Shown: positions 59,342-64,000 of the stretch, in pieces
How positions within the stretch are numbered: position 1 is the first letter of the stretch
Layout: the number at the start of each line of letters is the position of its first letter
From: the human T2T-CHM13v2.0 reference genome, Homo sapiens
Strand: one strand, 5' to 3'
Assembly: GCF_009914755.1 (NCBI RefSeq)
Contig: NC_060925.1
DNA length: 64,000 bases
Notes under the pieces: generated by a model
The model's database searches: none
What the model saw: only the letters and a program-made list of their open reading frames with translations
What the model was told of the DNA's origin: nothing
Made by a program: the position numbers and the translations under genes

Positions 59342-60013
59342 TAAAACCACCTTTGCAAAAATTATAACTGATAAAATTATTACAGTGAAAGAGGTCTGAC
59401 CTAACCAACTTGGTCTTGCTTTTAACCTCCAAGCTGTCCTTGTTCATTCCTGCGTGTAGAGTGAACTAACTTTGGGAGCAACGCAGTTTAGAGTTTAACT
59501 TTGAAACATAAAATAACAGTCCTTTCCCGCAACCAACCCTCTTCTTGCCTTTGTTAGACTGCCTTTGCAGTACTAACAAATTAGCCAGAAGACTAGAAAT
59601 TATAGTTTAGGAGTCACTGTTGTAAAACCTGAGATTAGTGTTTGAGATACTTTGCAGAGTCTACATTCTAATGCACCAGCTGATGCCACCCAGATCTATA
59701 AACTGCCTCATCTGGTCTTATGGCCCCCATCCAGGAACTGACTCAGCGCAAGAAGACAGCTTTGACTCCCTATGATCTCATCTTTGACCTGTCCAATCAG
59801 CACTCCCGACTTTCTGACACCCTACCCACCAAATTATCCTTAAAAACCCTGATCCCTGAGTTTTCAGGAAAATTGATTAGAATATTAACTCCATCTCCAA
59901 CATGGCGTGGCCAGCATCGCGACACTTAAGCTCTTCCTTTACTGTAATGCCATGGTCTTAGTGAGCTGATTTTGTTTGTGCAGTGGGCAGGAAGAACCCA
60001 TTGGGTAGTTGCA
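59342..60013 (+). mobile_element. LTR8-family solo LTR (LTR8A/B-like) inserted in a MIR
   Basis: aaaccacctttgcaaaaattata...aacctccaagctgtccttgttcattcctg; end gcagtgggcaggaagaacccattgggtagttgca. Confidence 0.88.
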
Positions 60014-60233
60014 ATATGATCAAAGTGAGGCTTAAAAGGTTAGGTAACTTGCTGGTGGCCTCACTAAACCTCACTAACTCCATGCTCCCTACCATGGAGA
60101 TACCACTACTAATAATTAATAATAACTAATAACAACTATTGTTGTTAAAATGATACTGGGTAAAATCATGTAAAATAACAACTATGAGATATAGTTGTCA
60201 TAATGATTAAATGGGTAAAATCGTGTAAAATGC

Positions 60234-60765
60234 TGACCAAAACAGCCTTAACATTTTCCTCAGTTTGACTAAACTTTAGTTCAGCTTCTTCTGGACTCAG
60301 GCCCCTGAACTCCCTTGTTTTAGAGTGCTTACTTTAGAAAACTCGTAGATGTACATTTTCTCTCTGCTCCTTTAGGTGTAAATCTTTTTAAAAGCCTCTT
60401 GCCAGTTTTGTAACCCAGCACTGTCTTTCTCAAGGACCTGAGAACCATTCCTTTGAAAAGTCATCATCAATGAAGACAGTGCTTCCCAGTCTCCCAGGGA
60501 GGGCACAGGCTTAAATTGTCCTAGTTGTAAAACTACCTCCTGTCACAAAGATATGAGAAAATTAACTTTGTTTTGGGATCACGCCAATTGGCAAACATGG
60601 ATGCCCTGTGATACGCCCCACTCCAGTTCTTAAAACTCTAAAAACTCTACCTTCCTTTATTCCCTGAGCTCTGTCTTAATTCTGATTTATCTTCCCTAAT
60701 GCAATAGCCTTAAATAACATCTTCCTTGCCTGTTTACATTGTCGAGTGCCATTTTTGTTTTTACA
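60234..60765 (+). mobile_element. ERV1 solo LTR (MER31-like)
   Basis: tgacc...cagtttgactaaactttag...ttactttagaaaact; TG...CA ends; 4-bp TSD atgc. Confidence 0.78.
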
Positions 60766-60775
60766 ATGCTTTTCA

Positions 60776-61093
<318 letters not shown>

Positions 61094-63089
61094 GACAATG
61101 CTTTTTAATAACTGTTTCAAAGATGAGAAAACAGAAGAACAAAGAAATAAGCTAATTTATCCAGGACTGTAACCCAGGCCACCTAGCTTTGGCGGTCATG
61201 TCTGAATCATCATACTTCAAAGGGAAATAATATATTCACACAGTGATAAGGAGGCATGTGAAGCCTAGCACCTTCACTTAACAGGTGCTCAAAAGCTGTA
61301 AGCTGTGATAATGGAGAGGAAGGAGGAAAACAGGACTCAGGACAAGCAGATCTATTTTGGATCCAGGCAATACCTCTTAGTAATCCTGTATCCTTGGGAG
61401 ATCACAGTAATAGTACCTGAGATTTGTGCTTATGCTATTTCCCTGCAGCTGAATGGAAGTACAAGTGTTCTCATTGCCTAGGTGGGTTTTGCACCCACTC
61501 TTGATTATCCAGCAGGAAGCACAAACATCTTTGAAGGATGATGAGCTAGTATACCAGTGACATTCTGGAATAATATCTCATTATATTATTATTAAGGGCA
61601 AGAAAGAAATGTGAATTGACTCTTTTAAAGACAATCAAATCAAATATAAATGTCATTAAATAGACTTAAGGACGCCGAATGGAAGAATAAATTATGGAGC
61701 AGAAAGTCAAGGTTAGTCACAGAAACTAACAAACATAGGGAGAACAAAGGAAATTGTGGAGAGAGATGTATACTGATGCTCAAAAAGACACTGCAGATCA
61801 TTGATTTGAAATGCTTATGTATTAATATTAACTAGGGATAATTCAGGCCTGTTTTGTATTGTACCCAGATTAGAAAAGCAGATGTGATTCTCCCACCCCT
61901 TTATCAAGAACGAGAGAGTAAGTCAAAGAGATTGCTGATTGCAAATTAAAATGTTAATTTCTATCCATTTTAATTTTTGATAAATTCTTATTGAGAGCTA
62001 CTAATTTTAGAAACTTTCAAGTACTGTAATAGCTTTCAGTCTATTGAGTCCCTGGGAATTTGCCTTTGGGGCCAATTGCTTTCTGCCTCCATTATGAAGA
62101 AATATTAAATGCTATCAGGAAGAGCAAAAGCCACCCTTGGTAGAGAGACAAATTTCAATTTATGAAAGGCAAAGTATTTTAGGTTATGTAATATGCTCTC
62201 CAGTGCAAACAAGGAGTTGAGGATACTAGCTTTCAAGGAAAGTACAAAATACACAATGGTGTTGAACAGGACAGGTCACTGGTTAGCAGAAGTAGTGGCA
62301 GCAACATCAGTAGAGGGGTAGTGTGGTAATTAGATAGTGCTATCTAAGCTTTACTGAATGCTTATTAAGTTCTTATGACAGATCCATGGGCTTTATATGT
62401 ATTAGGCATTTTAATCCTTACAAAAATTATTTTAGATATTATCATTATCTCTGGTCTACAGCCAGGGAATATAAAACAAAGAGAAGTTCAGTCATTTGTC
62501 CAAGGTCACAGAGCTGAGAAGCTGAGATCTGAAGCCACATTGTGACCACCACCTCCAGATTCAAGCTCTAACTACTTGGCATGCCTACTGCCTAGGGGCT
62601 GTGCAGGGAGCTTTTCATATTCCACATTGCTGAGAACTGATGAAACTAAATATGGGGGAGGGAAGATTGTCTTTTTGCTTTATCTATGCCTCAAGAACCA
62701 CAGAGATGAAACATGTACAAAAATGGGAAATTCTAGAAGCTTTTTTTTTTAATGAAGGATATTACCGTTCATAAGAACAAAGCTATCACAGGAATCATTT
62801 TCAATGGATTCAGTTACCTGATGAAGGTACTGAAGGGAAATGCAGAATCCAAATTATCTAACAGATAATTCACAAAATATGATTGACAGTGGACTCACTT
62901 TCTGGAAGTTAGAGCAGGCTGGTGCTAAACTGAATCATAATGGAATGATATATTCCCTCAGGTGAAATACAGTCTAAATCTTCATGCTGTTCGTGCAGCA
63001 CATAGCATTAATAGAACATAGTAATGTGGACATACTTTCTAAAGCAGCAATACAAATGTATATTGGCAAATTGTCTCTTTAATATATTG

Positions 63090-64000
<911 letters not shown>

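Overview
Primate (most likely human) genomic DNA, almost entirely intronic and repeat-rich. The only protein-coding sequence I can support is one 51-nt exon on the minus strand (20584-20634). It encodes (G)SDIVQWLIKNLTIEDP(V), which I recognise as part of the DEP domain of RGS7. It is too short for the ORF track, and it implies the rest of the window is two very long RGS7 introns. The window also holds a full-length RPLP1 processed pseudogene with target-site duplications (TSDs) nested in an old L1, about 26 Alus (one AluYd-lineage), three 5'-truncated L1PA 3' ends, old L1M/HAL1/L2/MIR debris, seven ERV1-class solo LTRs, MaLR/MLT2 LTRs, DNA-transposon relics and several microsatellites and local duplications. 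Essentially all listed ORFs are repeat- or STR-derived artefacts. I found no evidence for a wholly new biological system. The best leads are retrotransposition footprints (target-site reuse, a mini 3' transduction, a fold-back junction, a 5'UTR-deleted retrocopy) and candidate splicing or chromatin elements around the RGS7 exon. Repeat subfamily names come from recalled consensus sequences and boundaries of old repeats are approximate.
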